From sequence record SRR31156797_666: a DNA stretch of 47,436 nucleotides; one strand, given 5' to 3'. A program made the translations under genes and the position numbers. Below the pieces are notes generated by a model, which worked only from the letters and a program-made list of their open reading frames with translations, did no database searches and was not told where the DNA came from. Positions 9,475-20,109 of this stretch are shown in pieces (within the stretch, counting starts at the first letter, position 1; the number at the start of each line of letters is the position of its first letter).

Positions 9475-11193
9475 ATGAAAAAGCTTAAGAAATTTTTAAT
9501 CCCCCTTGGGATAATATTAGCAATAGTATTATTAGTCGTAATAATGGGTGCTGTAAAGCAAAAGAAGGCATTGAATGCACAGTTTGAAGTACAGCCTGTT
9601 ACCGAAGAAGTCGAGAATAATGATATTGGTGTTTACGTATCTGCCAGCGGTATGCTGGAGGCTGGTATAACTGAAGCAGTTCAGGCAGATACTCAGGGTA
9701 CTGTAACAGAGGTTATTGCAAATGCAGGAGACTTTGTTGAGGAAGGGCAGCTGCTTGCATCAGTTGATACATCAGATTTAGAAGATTTGATAGAAACAAC
9801 TAAAGAAAACATAGTAACAAAGAAGGCTGAAATTGATAACTTTAGTGTTTTGTATGACAGTTATACAATAAAATCACCTGTAAACGGCAGAATCAAGGAC
9901 GTTACTCCAACATATATCGATCCAGAAGAAGAATATGACAATAATGATGACGATGAAACCAATGACATTGTGTATGAAAAGTGCGAAGATTTAGAAGCTA
10001 AATATGGTTATCTTGTGGAGATTGCAATCGGCGATACAATGTGGGTAGTAACTGAAGAAGATGTTGATCAATATGAAGTGGGTCAATCATTAGCAGTTAA
10101 GGTACATGAGTGGACTGATTATTATTACAAAACAAAAGTATTCGTTGAAAAAATTGAAGATGGTAAAGCATACATTTCAATACCAACTAACTATCGCCAA
10201 GATGGTAAAGAAGCAACCATTTATGCTGAAGACGGCAGAACTGTAATCGGTACTGGTACAACTGAATACTTAGGAATGACATATGTTGATGGATATAAAG
10301 GATATATTACAACAACAAATGCTTACATTAATGAAAAGGTAAGTATAGGTGAAATCCTTTACTATGCATATACAACTGAGTCACAGGATTTGCTGGATTT
10401 ATATAGAGATTTAGAGAACTTAGAATCAGACCTAGCTGACTATAAAAAGCAGTTAGATAATGCACAAATCAAAGCAAAAGCAGATGGATTCATTAACAAA
10501 ATTAATCTGGTACAGGGAAATGCTGTAGCTGAGGATACTATTGCATACGAGTTAAGCAATACTTCTACTTGGCAGGCTTCAGTTGATGTGGATGAACTGG
10601 ATATAAATCTTATTGAAACCGGCATGAAGGCATTGGTAACAGTAGATGCTATTCCTGATGTGGAATTTGTCGGTACAGTAACAGATATTTCATCAGTAGG
10701 TGAGAATTCCGGAGGCATTACAACATATAGTGTAGAAGTTGAGTTGGATGCAGATGAGAGATTCCGCATCAATATGAATTCATCCAGTGAAATTCTAGTT
10801 GATGAGTCACTAGACACACTATCAATACCTATTCAGGCTGTTAGGACATTAGATGATACTGAGTATGTAGTGGTTTTGGTTGAAAGAAGTGAAGCAGAAT
10901 TAGAAGAAATAAAGAATGAAATCATGGAAGAGATGGCACAAAAAGCCATGGAACAATTAAATAGTGATTATAAGTCTGATGACGAGTCAGATGATAAGAA
11001 TCTGGAAGAAAAGATTTACGATTCACTTGGCATTACTGACAAGATGTACGGCGAAATACGAATTGTAGAATCAGGAGTACAGGACGAAACCAATATTGAG
11101 GTGCTTAGCGGACTTGAACTAGGCGAAGTAGTAATACTGCCAAATGATCAGTTAAGTGATGATGCAGAGAGCTCTACAATTGTAATAGGATGA
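9475..11193 (+). CDS. HlyD/MacA/YknX-like membrane fusion (adaptor) protein
   Basis: N-terminal [19 protein letters not shown] lipoyl-like half, coiled coil, VDELDI..GMKA.VTVDA and [12 protein letters not shown] motifs; carries acidic inserts. Confidence 0.88.
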   Translation: MKKLKKFLIPLGIILAIVLLVVIMGAVKQKKALNAQFEVQPVTEEVENNDIGVYVSASGMLEAGITEAVQADTQGTVTEVIANAGDFVEEGQLLASVDTSDLEDLIETTKENIVTKKAEIDNFSVLYDSYTIKSPVNGRIKDVTPTYIDPEEEYDNNDDDETNDIVYEKCEDLEAKYGYLVEIAIGDTMWVVTEEDVDQYEVGQSLAVKVHEWTDYYYKTKVFVEKIEDGKAYISIPTNYRQDGKEATIYAEDGRTVIGTGTTEYLGMTYVDGYKGYITTTNAYINEKVSIGEILYYAYTTESQDLLDLYRDLENLESDLADYKKQLDNAQIKAKADGFINKINLVQGNAVAEDTIAYELSNTSTWQASVDVDELDINLIETGMKALVTVDAIPDVEFVGTVTDISSVGENSGGITTYSVEVELDADERFRINMNSSSEILVDESLDTLSIPIQAVRTLDDTEYVVVLVERSEAELEEIKNEIMEEMAQKAMEQLNSDYKSDDESDDKNLEEKIYDSLGITDKMYGEIRIVESGVQDETNIEVLSGLELGEVVILPNDQLSDDAESSTIVIG

Positions 11194-11245
11194 GGGTCGG
11201 TTGCTAGAAAATGCTAGTAAAGCCATAAAGAAAGTTAGGATTAAA

Positions 11246-11944
11246 ATGAATGAATTAATTAGCATAAAAAACATGTACAAAATCTATGAAATGGGTTCAG
11301 AGAAAGTACATGCATTAGATGGCGTTGATATTACCATCAATAAAGGTGAATATGTTGCTATCGTTGGTCCTTCCGGCTCAGGTAAATCAACACTGATGAA
11401 TATGATAGGCTGTTTGGATTCTCCTACATCAGGCGAATATTACCTTGAAGGGCAGGATGTATCCAAGATGACAGATAAAGAACTGACTATGGTCAGGAGA
11501 AAGACAATAGGATTCATATTTCAGCAGTTTAATCTTTTGAAGAAATCCTCGGCTCTGGAGAATGTAGAGATGCCAGCTATGTATAATGGTGATGATGGCA
11601 GAGAGCGAAAGAGAAAGGCGAAAGATGCACTAACAGCAGTAGGGCTTGGCGACAGGGTAAAGCATAAACCCTCAGAATTGTCAGGCGGTCAGCAGCAGCG
11701 TGTGGCTATTGCCCGTGCTTTGGTTAATAATCCTCCTGTAATTCTGGCAGATGAGCCAACAGGTAACCTGGACTCTCACTCAGGTGCAGAAATAATGGAT
11801 ATGATTGCAGACCTTCATAAGAAAGGCAATACAATTATTCTGATTACTCACGATAGCGAAGTAGCAGAGCATGCACCAAGGGTTGTTCATATCAGAGATG
11901 GAAAGATAACCAGCGATACAATCAACGAAGGAGGTACATTATGA
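11246..11944 (+). CDS. ABC transporter ATP-binding protein (MacB/LolD/YknY type)
   Basis: [44 protein letters not shown] and ITHD motifs. Start placed at ATG 11246. Confidence 0.95.
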   Translation: MNELISIKNMYKIYEMGSEKVHALDGVDITINKGEYVAIVGPSGSGKSTLMNMIGCLDSPTSGEYYLEGQDVSKMTDKELTMVRRKTIGFIFQQFNLLKKSSALENVEMPAMYNGDDGRERKRKAKDALTAVGLGDRVKHKPSELSGGQQQRVAIARALVNNPPVILADEPTGNLDSHSGAEIMDMIADLHKKGNTIILITHDSEVAEHAPRVVHIRDGKITSDTINEGGTL

Positions 11945-13116
11945 GTTTTTGGGAAGCAGTATTGTCCTCATTGAAGGCAATATGGGCAAATAAAATGAGA
12001 TCCTTCCTGACAATGCTGGGAGTTATGATTGGTATATTCTCTGTAGCGGTACTAATCAGTATTGCGAGAGCCTCAACGTCTGAGATTACAGAAAGCATTG
12101 AGGGCAGCGGTTCAAACATGATAGTTGTTTATGTTTTGGGAACAAGATCTGGAAACAACTTCGATATGGATAATGTAGAGGAGATGAGCCAGCTGGAGGG
12201 AATTAAATATACATCACCATATGTAAACGGGGAGATGACACTAAAAAACGGCACAGAATCAATGGATATTAATGTTGTTGCAGCTAACGATCAATACGAC
12301 AATATTAATAATTATAAGCTATTGTCAGGCAGATGGATATCAGATACCGATGAGTACAGGAGGAATCGTGTAGTAGTAGTTGGTGTTGATGTTGCTAAAG
12401 ACTTATACGGCACTCTGGATGTAGTTGGCGAGACCATCTCACTAGAGGGTACTAAGTTCACTATTATTGGAGTGCTGGAGGAGCAGGGTGACAATATGAT
12501 GGGCTCCAGTGATGAGATAGCAATTATACCATTTAAAACTGGACAGAGACTGATGGATAACACCAGTATATATATTATATACTTTGGTGCGGAGAGCAGT
12601 GATGTAGTAGATACAGCCAAGACATCTCTGGAGAATTATATGCTGGATGAAGTAACTGACGGTGATGAAGATGGATACGGTATCTATTCACAATCTGAAA
12701 TACTGGATATGCTGGACGAAACAACAACTACGCTGACATATTTGCTAGGTGCTATAGGAGGCATATCATTGCTGGTAGGCGGTATTGGAATAATGAATAT
12801 CATGCTTGTATCAGTAAGTGAAAGAACCAGAGAAATAGGTGTACGAAAAGCAATTGGTGCAACTAGAGCGAACATTCTTACTCAATTCTTAATTGAAGCA
12901 ATAATAGTCTCAGGCTTAGGAGGAGTGTTTGGCATAATACTTGCTAATATTGGTATGAAAGTTGCAAGTACGTTAATGAAAATGGAGATGGGACTAGACG
13001 GTAATATTACTCTAGTGGCTCTTGCATTTGCTGTGGCTGTAGGTGTGATTTTCGGTATCTATCCAGCTAATAAAGCCTCCAAGCTAAATCCAATCGAAGC
13101 ATTACGTTATGAATAG
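11941..13116 (+). CDS. ABC transporter permease (MacB/FtsX/YknZ type)
   Basis: [48 protein letters not shown] and [18 protein letters not shown] motifs. Confidence 0.95.
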   Translation: MSFWEAVLSSLKAIWANKMRSFLTMLGVMIGIFSVAVLISIARASTSEITESIEGSGSNMIVVYVLGTRSGNNFDMDNVEEMSQLEGIKYTSPYVNGEMTLKNGTESMDINVVAANDQYDNINNYKLLSGRWISDTDEYRRNRVVVVGVDVAKDLYGTLDVVGETISLEGTKFTIIGVLEEQGDNMMGSSDEIAIIPFKTGQRLMDNTSIYIIYFGAESSDVVDTAKTSLENYMLDEVTDGDEDGYGIYSQSEILDMLDETTTTLTYLLGAIGGISLLVGGIGIMNIMLVSVSERTREIGVRKAIGATRANILTQFLIEAIIVSGLGGVFGIILANIGMKVASTLMKMEMGLDGNITLVALAFAVAVGVIFGIYPANKASKLNPIEALRYE

Positions 13117-13141
13117 ATAATGGTAATGATATTATATACAA

Positions 13142-13166
13142 AAAAGGACAGCTTGCCTGTCCTTTT
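13142..13166. terminator. Bidirectional intrinsic terminator
   Basis: AAAAGGACAG-CTTGC-CTGTCCTTTT between convergent genes. Confidence 0.85.
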
Positions 13167-13192
13167 ATCTTGCGGTGATTAATTACAGTTGA

Positions 13193-13501
13193 TTATTTAA
13201 TAATTCTGAATTTTCCTATTACAGGAAGTTCTTTCATTTCGTTGTTGTTTGCATTAATCATGCCCATAACAATCAATACTATTATCAGTATCCAGCCCAG
13301 ACCGCCTATTAAGCCGCTTATAAATGGTATTCTTATTGATGCAATAATGTTAGTCAATATGCTTAATAGTAGTACTAGAAGACCTTGATTAGAGTGGAAC
13401 CTTCCAGCTTGTGAATTCGGAATAACTATTAATGGTAAAAAGAAAACAAGGTATGCAAGAATGCACATAGTCTTTTCGTTGCTTTGAGTATTATTTGTCA
13501 T
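13193..13501 (-). CDS. Small 3-TM membrane protein (DUF4870-like)
   Basis: ILAYL..FLPL..S..GRFHSNQGLLVL..GMINA....MKELPVIGK pattern; AAGGAG RBS. Confidence 0.8.
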   Translation of the reverse strand: MTNNTQSNEKTMCILAYLVFFLPLIVIPNSQAGRFHSNQGLLVLLLSILTNIIASIRIPFISGLIGGLGWILIIVLIVMGMINANNNEMKELPVIGKFRIIK

Positions 13502-13620
13502 TATTAATCTCCTTATATGGTCAATTATATTCAGTCAACTATATTATAATATATACGTAAGCGATGTACAAACAAAAAATATATCGAAATGCTTTCAATA
13601 TGTAAGTAGTTGAGTGAATA

Positions 13621-13682
13621 TAGTATAATTTACTATCTCAATTACCATAATGAATGTGAAGTTACTGTGAAATATTTATGAT
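13621..13682 (-). promoter_or_regulatory. Second copy of the TTCACA-repeat promoter, between the DUF4870 gene and the response regulator
   Basis: Minus strand reads ATCATA-N5-TTCACA-N5-TTCACA-N9-GTAATTGAGATA-N6-TATACTA. Confidence 0.7.
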
Positions 13683-13744
13683 TTATTTAAATAGCTTATA
13701 GAAATATTGAATATTAGAGTGTAAAATACACTTGAGGTAAATAT

Positions 13745-14443
13745 ATGGATACAAAAAATATTCTGATATGCGATGATGAACCTGTAGTACATGAGTCTTT
13801 AGAAATTTATTTCAAAGCTGATGGTTATGTAATTAGTCACGCTTATACTGGACAGCAGTGCCTAGATATGGCAATTGAAATGGATTATGATATGATAATC
13901 TTAGATTTGATGATGCCTGAATTAAGCGGTATTGAGGTATGCAAAGAGTTGAGAAAGGTGAAAAACACACCTATTATTATGTTAAGTGCTAAGGGTGAGG
14001 AAATCGACAAAATTTTGGGTTTGGAGTTAGGTGCAGACGATTATATTGTCAAGCCGTTTTCTCCAAGAGAAGTCGTTGCCAGATGCAATGCAGTGCTAAG
14101 GAGAGTCAATCAGGCACCTCAATCTTCCAATAAAGATTCATCAATTGTGAGTATTGAGGGTTTGACAATTAATATCAATAGGTATACAGTTGAAGTAAAC
14201 GGTGAGAATGTTCCATTTACTCCAAAAGAAGTTGAGCTACTGTATATGTTGGCGTCAAATCCTGGCATAGTATTTTCCAGAGAGAAGATACTAGAGAATA
14301 TATGGGGCTATGAATATTTTGGGGATACCAGAACTGTTGATACTCATATCAAGCGAATCCGTGGAAAGCTGCCAAAGGAAGGAGTCAGCTATGGATTGCA
14401 TACAATATATGGAGTTGGATATAAGTTCGAGGAAAGTAAATGA
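13745..14443 (+). CDS. OmpR/PhoB-family response regulator
   Basis: ICDDE, LDLMMP, LSAK, GADDYIVKPFS and wHTH TPKE..LL..WGYEYFGDTRTVDTHIKRIR motifs. Confidence 0.96.
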   Translation: MDTKNILICDDEPVVHESLEIYFKADGYVISHAYTGQQCLDMAIEMDYDMIILDLMMPELSGIEVCKELRKVKNTPIIMLSAKGEEIDKILGLELGADDYIVKPFSPREVVARCNAVLRRVNQAPQSSNKDSSIVSIEGLTININRYTVEVNGENVPFTPKEVELLYMLASNPGIVFSREKILENIWGYEYFGDTRTVDTHIKRIRGKLPKEGVSYGLHTIYGVGYKFEESK

Positions 14444-16179
14444 AGATAAACAATAGAAGTATAATCTACAAGATATTGTTGGCAGTGATGCTGGTAATGC
14501 TTATGTACGGCATTTTATCAGCAGCACTTTTTTTAATTGCAAGCAGATATCAGCTAAATAACACAATCGGTATGGATATTACACTTACTAGTAATAATGC
14601 GAAAAAAATTGTTGAGAAGTATACAGAAGGTGAAATTACCGAAGAAGAGCTAAATGAAGCCATTTCATTAATTGGTTCATCATGGGGAGGGACTATTACA
14701 ATATGGGATGATAATGGTAGTATTATATATGGCGATTTGAGTCTGAAAAGTATATACAATCTGGAGCTTGGAATCGTAGATAGGTATACTGGTGATTTCA
14801 GAAAAGGGATTCATTATTCACAAACTAATTATATGCAGGTAGTAAGTGATGGCGTTTGCAAAGCACATATCCTGGTAACTGACCATTATGTGGAAAAGAA
14901 ATCCATAGAGTCAGCATTCAATTCAGCAGTATTCTTTGCACTTATACTTATTTTTTCACTTATAAGTATTATTGTTTTTGTTGCTTCTTACAAAATTGAA
15001 CAATATATGAATCGATTCCGTAAGGTCATGGGACAGCTGGCAAAGGGAGAGTATAATGTGAAAGCTGATGAGTCAATGCCTGCTGAATTTGGTGAAATGG
15101 CATATACTCTAAATACTCTGGCTAGTTCAGTCCAGGCAAACATGGAGAAGATTTCCTTTGAACGAAACAGACTCAATCATATTCTAAACTCTCTTTCAGA
15201 GGGTATAATTGCTTTGGATATTGACAGTAATATTACTCATATTAACACAGCGGCATATTATCTGATGGGTGTATCTAAGAGCAAAAACGAAGGAGATAAT
15301 GAAGCACTAAGAACCAAACTGACCAAACTGATAGATTATGAGACTGTAAGAGGGATAGTTGCAAATGGTGATATTGATACTCATAATGTAAATATACAAA
15401 ACGGTAAAGTTCTGAATATTACAATCACGCCTTTGTATGATAATAGCGAAATCTGCGGTGCAACAATTTTGATACGTGATATCACTGAAATGGAACGACT
15501 GGAAAAAACCCGAAGAGAGTATGTAAGCAATGTTAGTCATGAGCTGCGTACGCCACTTACTGCTATGCGTGGGCTGATTGAGCCTTTGGCAGATGGTATG
15601 GTAGATGATGATGATGCTAAGAAGCGATATTATGATATTTTGCTGCGAGAAACTATGAGACTGTCTGACTTAATAAATGATTTACTCCAGCTTTCAAGGC
15701 TTCAATCAGGAATAGAGGTTAATCAGAACAATAGATTTAATGTAGATGAACTTGTAGACTATATCTTCGACAAATATAATAGTCTTGCCAAGAATAAATG
15801 CATCACAATGGAAAAGAGTATATTCAAAAACAGTGATATTGTCGCTAATGAAAACAGGATTGAGCAGCTACTAACAATTCTGCTCGATAATGCAATAAAA
15901 TACACAAACAAAAACAATAAGGTAGGTATTGATGTTATAAAAACCGGCAGCAGGGTTTCATTTACCGTCTGGGATAATGGGGTGGGAATATCTCAAAGAA
16001 ATGCTGAAAATGTATTTGATAGATTCTTTAAGGTAGACATATCCCACAACTCAAATGGTACTGGCTTAGGACTTGCTATTGCTAAGGAACTGGTAGAGCA
16101 GATGGGTGGTGAAATAAAGGTGGAATCTGCACTAGGCAAAGGCTCACGCTTTACATTCACTATATATGATATGTCGTGA
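14440..16179 (+). CDS. Sensor histidine kinase (2 TM, HAMP, PAS-like, HisKA, HATPase)
   Basis: NVSHELRTPL H-box, LLDNAIKY, DNGVGI, FDRFFK and GTGLGLAI motifs; overlaps the regulator stop. Confidence 0.95.
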   Translation: MKINNRSIIYKILLAVMLVMLMYGILSAALFLIASRYQLNNTIGMDITLTSNNAKKIVEKYTEGEITEEELNEAISLIGSSWGGTITIWDDNGSIIYGDLSLKSIYNLELGIVDRYTGDFRKGIHYSQTNYMQVVSDGVCKAHILVTDHYVEKKSIESAFNSAVFFALILIFSLISIIVFVASYKIEQYMNRFRKVMGQLAKGEYNVKADESMPAEFGEMAYTLNTLASSVQANMEKISFERNRLNHILNSLSEGIIALDIDSNITHINTAAYYLMGVSKSKNEGDNEALRTKLTKLIDYETVRGIVANGDIDTHNVNIQNGKVLNITITPLYDNSEICGATILIRDITEMERLEKTRREYVSNVSHELRTPLTAMRGLIEPLADGMVDDDDAKKRYYDILLRETMRLSDLINDLLQLSRLQSGIEVNQNNRFNVDELVDYIFDKYNSLAKNKCITMEKSIFKNSDIVANENRIEQLLTILLDNAIKYTNKNNKVGIDVIKTGSRVSFTVWDNGVGISQRNAENVFDRFFKVDISHNSNGTGLGLAIAKELVEQMGGEIKVESALGKGSRFTFTIYDMS

Positions 16180-16181
16180 TT

Positions 16182-17828
16182 TTATTTACCATACATAGCA
16201 AGTGATTCTTTATATTCATCAGACTTTGTATACTCATCTATTAAGTAATCATATTTGCCTGTATTCATTTCAATAATAGTTCTTAATCTTTCAGCATCAA
16301 ATATTTTGCCTGAAACTATGAGCTTTAGCTTATCATAGTATTGATTAAGTGCTGGGTTTTCTATAACATTTTCTCCAGTTGCCAAAGTCTCGGGATAACC
16401 TTCTGGTATTCCACGCTGATTATGTGCAGCGAATTGGTTTGGTGCTGCGGGTATTCTTGCAAGCAGTGGATCAGCTAATGCATACTGGTCAATAAAGATG
16501 ATATCATTATCTGCATGATAGCCGATAAAACCTATTCCGCCGATTACATAGACGTTTTCAGTAGGATTTACAGCATCATCCAAAGTCCATAGTTCTATTT
16601 CTTTATCTGGAATAAAGCCGTTGCGAATAATATCCATTACGTAATAAGTCAATCCTGTGTTTTCATAGTAATAGCTTCGAACATCTCTTGGTCTGTCAAT
16701 TGGATTGGTATATCGTTGATAATCATAATAGTTCTGATATCTGATTGTAGATGTAATAGTAGATGTTTGTGGTATAAGCCCTAAGAAAAGTGTGATTGCG
16801 GCAATAGCTACACCTGCTTTTTTTAATAATTTTTTGTTAGTAATTTTATCTATCTCGCTGCTTGTCATGTACTCATACAGAATGACAACTGACAAAAAGA
16901 ATGGACCTGATGTAAATCTTCCAACCATAAAGTCGCCGCCTATATATATAATATATGCTATATATATAACAACTGATAGAATACTTAATTGTATTTTTGT
17001 TTTCTTTTTACCAATTAAAAACACTCCTAAAATTATAACTGCCAATATGGCGATTAGAGTTATGTTATCGCCGTAGATATTTGACGATAATATATATTTC
17101 AAACCTCTTGAAAAGAGCTCTGTTTTGCTGGTTGTAATATTTAGCTTTGCATAGGCAGTATTTGGAAATAAAAAGCCGTAGTAGAGCAGTGAAAATATTT
17201 CCCAAGCGATAAATGGAGAGAATCCTAAGAACCCATAGCCGATTTTTTTCCACTCGAAGTCTTTGAAGAATGTATAGCACAATACAGGAATAAACATCAA
17301 TATCGCATCAATTCTATTAATAGTAATTAACGATGAAATAAAGCAGAGCTTAAGGAAGTCCTTGCCTTTTGAAGGGTTATCCATTCTAAATAACTGCGAA
17401 TAAAATAAAGCTATGATAAAAAATGTCATGGGGTTCTCTAGACCTGATGTTGAGTAGTCAATGAAAGCTTTTGAGGTAATAATCATAAGTATACAGATTA
17501 TATACGGAAGGTAGGGTTTATCTTTTTTTGGTCGGATACCTATTATGACAGCAGATAGTGCAAGAATAGTGGAAAGGAGTATGGATGATAAAAACATATC
17601 CTTTAAAACGGCATAAAAAGGTATCATAAACAGCACATACAGCGGATTAGTATATGCCTGTACTCTTTCAAATGTATTCCATCTCAGACCATTGCCATTG
17701 AATAGATTTTTGATATATCGAAAGGAGATATACGCATCATCTACCAGCCATGCGCTTTTTAGAATGATTGCAAGAAGTGTGCCAATTAAGGCTATAGTGG
17801 TTATTGTTACGACTGTTTTTTTATTCAT
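16182..17828 (-). CDS. GT-C membrane glycosyltransferase, AftB (GT89)-like
   Basis: WLVDDAYISFRY..N...GNG..WN..ERVQAYT, DYSTSGLE, GGDFMVGR and IDQYALADPL motifs; many TM helices. Confidence 0.72.
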   Translation of the reverse strand: MNKKTVVTITTIALIGTLLAIILKSAWLVDDAYISFRYIKNLFNGNGLRWNTFERVQAYTNPLYVLFMIPFYAVLKDMFLSSILLSTILALSAVIIGIRPKKDKPYLPYIICILMIITSKAFIDYSTSGLENPMTFFIIALFYSQLFRMDNPSKGKDFLKLCFISSLITINRIDAILMFIPVLCYTFFKDFEWKKIGYGFLGFSPFIAWEIFSLLYYGFLFPNTAYAKLNITTSKTELFSRGLKYILSSNIYGDNITLIAILAVIILGVFLIGKKKTKIQLSILSVVIYIAYIIYIGGDFMVGRFTSGPFFLSVVILYEYMTSSEIDKITNKKLLKKAGVAIAAITLFLGLIPQTSTITSTIRYQNYYDYQRYTNPIDRPRDVRSYYYENTGLTYYVMDIIRNGFIPDKEIELWTLDDAVNPTENVYVIGGIGFIGYHADNDIIFIDQYALADPLLARIPAAPNQFAAHNQRGIPEGYPETLATGENVIENPALNQYYDKLKLIVSGKIFDAERLRTIIEMNTGKYDYLIDEYTKSDEYKESLAMYGK

Positions 17829-19608
17829 TTATTTTCTTTCTTTTTATCGTTGCATAACCAAACATAATTAGTGCTATAGTCATGTTAATATAGAAATACC
17901 GTGCATCCTGAGCTTCAATTATTATAAAATAACCAAGGGTATTGAATATTGCAGGTGAAGCGATAAGGAATGAACCAAATAACTTTCTTTGTTTGCAGTA
18001 ATACCATAGGAATAAAATTGCAAGCATAAATATAGCTGGCCGCCAAAATAATGCGTAGTAGGATTCTGTTGGTTCCATATCATATATCTCCTGCATCAGT
18101 ACCTTTACTTTGGGTATATATGACTTAATCTTGAAGTCTATATCTGGATAGTCAACAGTGTCAAAATAATCATATGGATATGCTGCATGCATCGTATAGC
18201 ATATATTAGGCGTTGCCCATATGATTGAAGTAGTTGATGTATAAGCATTTATCACTAGATTGGGATATTTTTTTAGTAGATTAAAATACCCTTTGTTAAA
18301 ATCTTTATTTGTTAAACCATCATGTGTGAGCAACGCTTCCGTATCGCAGTATGCTTTGGTTCTGCTTATATAAGATGAGCGGACACCGTACTTTTCCAGA
18401 TGTTCATTTACTTTTTCTAAGTCAAGATATTTGTCAATGTATGCCATTTCATCATCTGTAAGCTCGTCTCCGATATTTTTGTAGACGCTGATAAGTCCTT
18501 GTATTCGCAGGGCATATTTAGCGGTTTCGGTAACTTTGTTGTCCTCGGGTACAACGTATTTATCTCCAAGCAGTACCATTGCACCGTTTAATACTCCATA
18601 GTATGCAATAATTGCAGATACTAGGAGTATTGTAAATGTCAGAGCATGTTTTTTGTACTTTTTTATCAAATAGAAAATAGCTGTGGAGATATAAACTAAG
18701 CTGACAGTTAAAATTCCGTTATGCCGTGAAAAAATTGTTATTATTGTTGCAAATGTAAGCAATAGCAGTGAGGATAATTGTATTTTTTTTGAGTTATCTC
18801 TTTCTAGTGCAATTTTCACTAACTCCATTGCAATCAAAGACAAACCTATAGTATAAGGAATGTCTTTCCAGAATGTTATTGCGTTAAATAAATTAATCGG
18901 GTAAATAGTAAGGGCTATTACCATTAACAGAGAGTAGATATATTTTAATCCCAGTTTATTAAATGAATAAGCGATATAGGAATAACTAGCTGCACATAAT
19001 AATACCTGTACAATCATAATTCTAAATATGTCACATCCTAAAATGACCATAAACCTAATAAACAATGTATAAATCAGCGGATGAAGATTGTTATATGGAC
19101 CAGATGCATATGCCATATTGTATATGTATAGTGAATCAGGTGAAATGAGTCCCGGATAACAAGCGGCAAGGCACATTCCATATACTATTGCAGGTATAGC
19201 GAAGAGCAAAAGGTACTTTAATATATTGAACTTCCGTTTCTCTAGGAACCATGCAATGCTTTCTAATCCCGATTGAAGAAATCTTAAGGAGAAAAATATT
19301 ATGGATATTACACCCAGACCACTTAGGATGTATACTTTGTTCAGATATTCCACTTTTCTATAAAATAGACTGATAAACACAAGGATGGAAACGAGGAGAA
19401 GACTCATTGTTGACTTGATATTATCATCGCTAATGAAATCACTCTTAAAATACTTATAATTTAAAAATAAAAGAGGGATACAAATCACAATCAGTAAATT
19501 CATATGAGAATAGTTGTGATTTAGAAAATACATAATACTGGTTAATTGTAATAAACTAAAAATAATAGAAATAACTATAAGAACGGACTGAAAATTGATT
19601 CTTTTCAT
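17821..19608 (-). CDS. Polytopic membrane protein, DUF6020-like (putative GT-C fold)
   Basis: YPGLISPDS, NLHP..YT, WKDIPY, RHNG and C-terminal DARY motifs; many TM helices; overlaps the downstream gene start. Confidence 0.7.
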   Translation of the reverse strand: MKRINFQSVLIVISIIFSLLQLTSIMYFLNHNYSHMNLLIVICIPLLFLNYKYFKSDFISDDNIKSTMSLLLVSILVFISLFYRKVEYLNKVYILSGLGVISIIFFSLRFLQSGLESIAWFLEKRKFNILKYLLLFAIPAIVYGMCLAACYPGLISPDSLYIYNMAYASGPYNNLHPLIYTLFIRFMVILGCDIFRIMIVQVLLCAASYSYIAYSFNKLGLKYIYSLLMVIALTIYPINLFNAITFWKDIPYTIGLSLIAMELVKIALERDNSKKIQLSSLLLLTFATIITIFSRHNGILTVSLVYISTAIFYLIKKYKKHALTFTILLVSAIIAYYGVLNGAMVLLGDKYVVPEDNKVTETAKYALRIQGLISVYKNIGDELTDDEMAYIDKYLDLEKVNEHLEKYGVRSSYISRTKAYCDTEALLTHDGLTNKDFNKGYFNLLKKYPNLVINAYTSTTSIIWATPNICYTMHAAYPYDYFDTVDYPDIDFKIKSYIPKVKVLMQEIYDMEPTESYYALFWRPAIFMLAILFLWYYCKQRKLFGSFLIASPAIFNTLGYFIIIEAQDARYFYINMTIALIMFGYATIKRKKINE

Positions 19609-19665
19609 TGGTTAATACACCTTAGATTTTAATATATATATATATGGATATATGGCTCATATCAA

Positions 19666-19694
19666 ATATTATCATAATGAAAATTAATAGTCAA
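19666..19694 (-). promoter_or_regulatory. sigmaA promoter for the two GT-C genes
   Basis: TTGACT-17 bp-TAATAT with a TGn extension. Confidence 0.6.
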
Positions 19695-19754
19695 TCAAAG
19701 AGATTTATTATAAGATGTGTTTCAAGTTTAATACAAAGATGGTATAGTTAATAA

Positions 19755-19952
19755 ATTTATCTAAAAATTTCGTTCCAATGACATATTCTAGCCATAATAA
19801 TATTACAAAATAATACTACTTAAAAGTAGTGAGTTGTTTAACGCTGCGAAATCATCATTTATTTTTCAGAGCTGATGTATCATGAAATACAATATATTGG
19901 CGCTGTTTAAGTTCTCCATTATAAGACTACTATATTTGGTAGTCTTTTTTTT
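19755..19952 (+). ncRNA. Candidate orphan small RNA of about 200 nt
   Basis: TTTCAA-17-TATAGT promoter with TGn extension (19720-19748), several stems and a strong terminator ending at 19952. No plus-strand gene is present to explain either signal. Confidence 0.4.
19923..19952 (+). terminator. Intrinsic terminator with no upstream plus-strand CDS
   Basis: AAGACTAC-TATATTTG-GTAGTCTT followed by a T run. Confidence 0.8.
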
Positions 19953-20059
19953 AGTTTATAGTTATGCTAATTTAATCAATCGTTGATTTTTCAACACTAA
20001 AATCATTACAGATTTTAATTTATATTGGTAGAAGATTTGCTTTCATTATAAAAGATTAA

Positions 20060-20083
20060 AGCAGTCTGCATGTGCAGACTGCT
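20060..20083 (-). terminator. hflKC terminator hairpin
   Basis: AGCAGTCTGCA-TG-TGCAGACTGCT perfect inverted repeat, followed on the minus strand by TTAATCTTTT. Confidence 0.75.
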
Positions 20084-20109
20084 CAAAAATCATAATATAT
20101 GATAAATTG

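Noticed and set aside
9384..13671. The two inverted promoter copies as ends of an invertible segment or transposon
   Set aside because: Identity is confined to motif blocks with unequal spacers. No recombinase or transposase is present and I saw no target duplication.
19632..19645. (AT)7 tract before the DUF6020 gene as a phase-variation switch
   Set aside because: It is short, lies in AT-rich DNA, and sits in the 5' UTR rather than in the promoter spacer or the reading frame.
19870..19892. CTGATG...GAAA as a hammerhead ribozyme core
   Set aside because: It reads CTGATGT rather than CUGANGA, and stems I and III cannot be formed around it.
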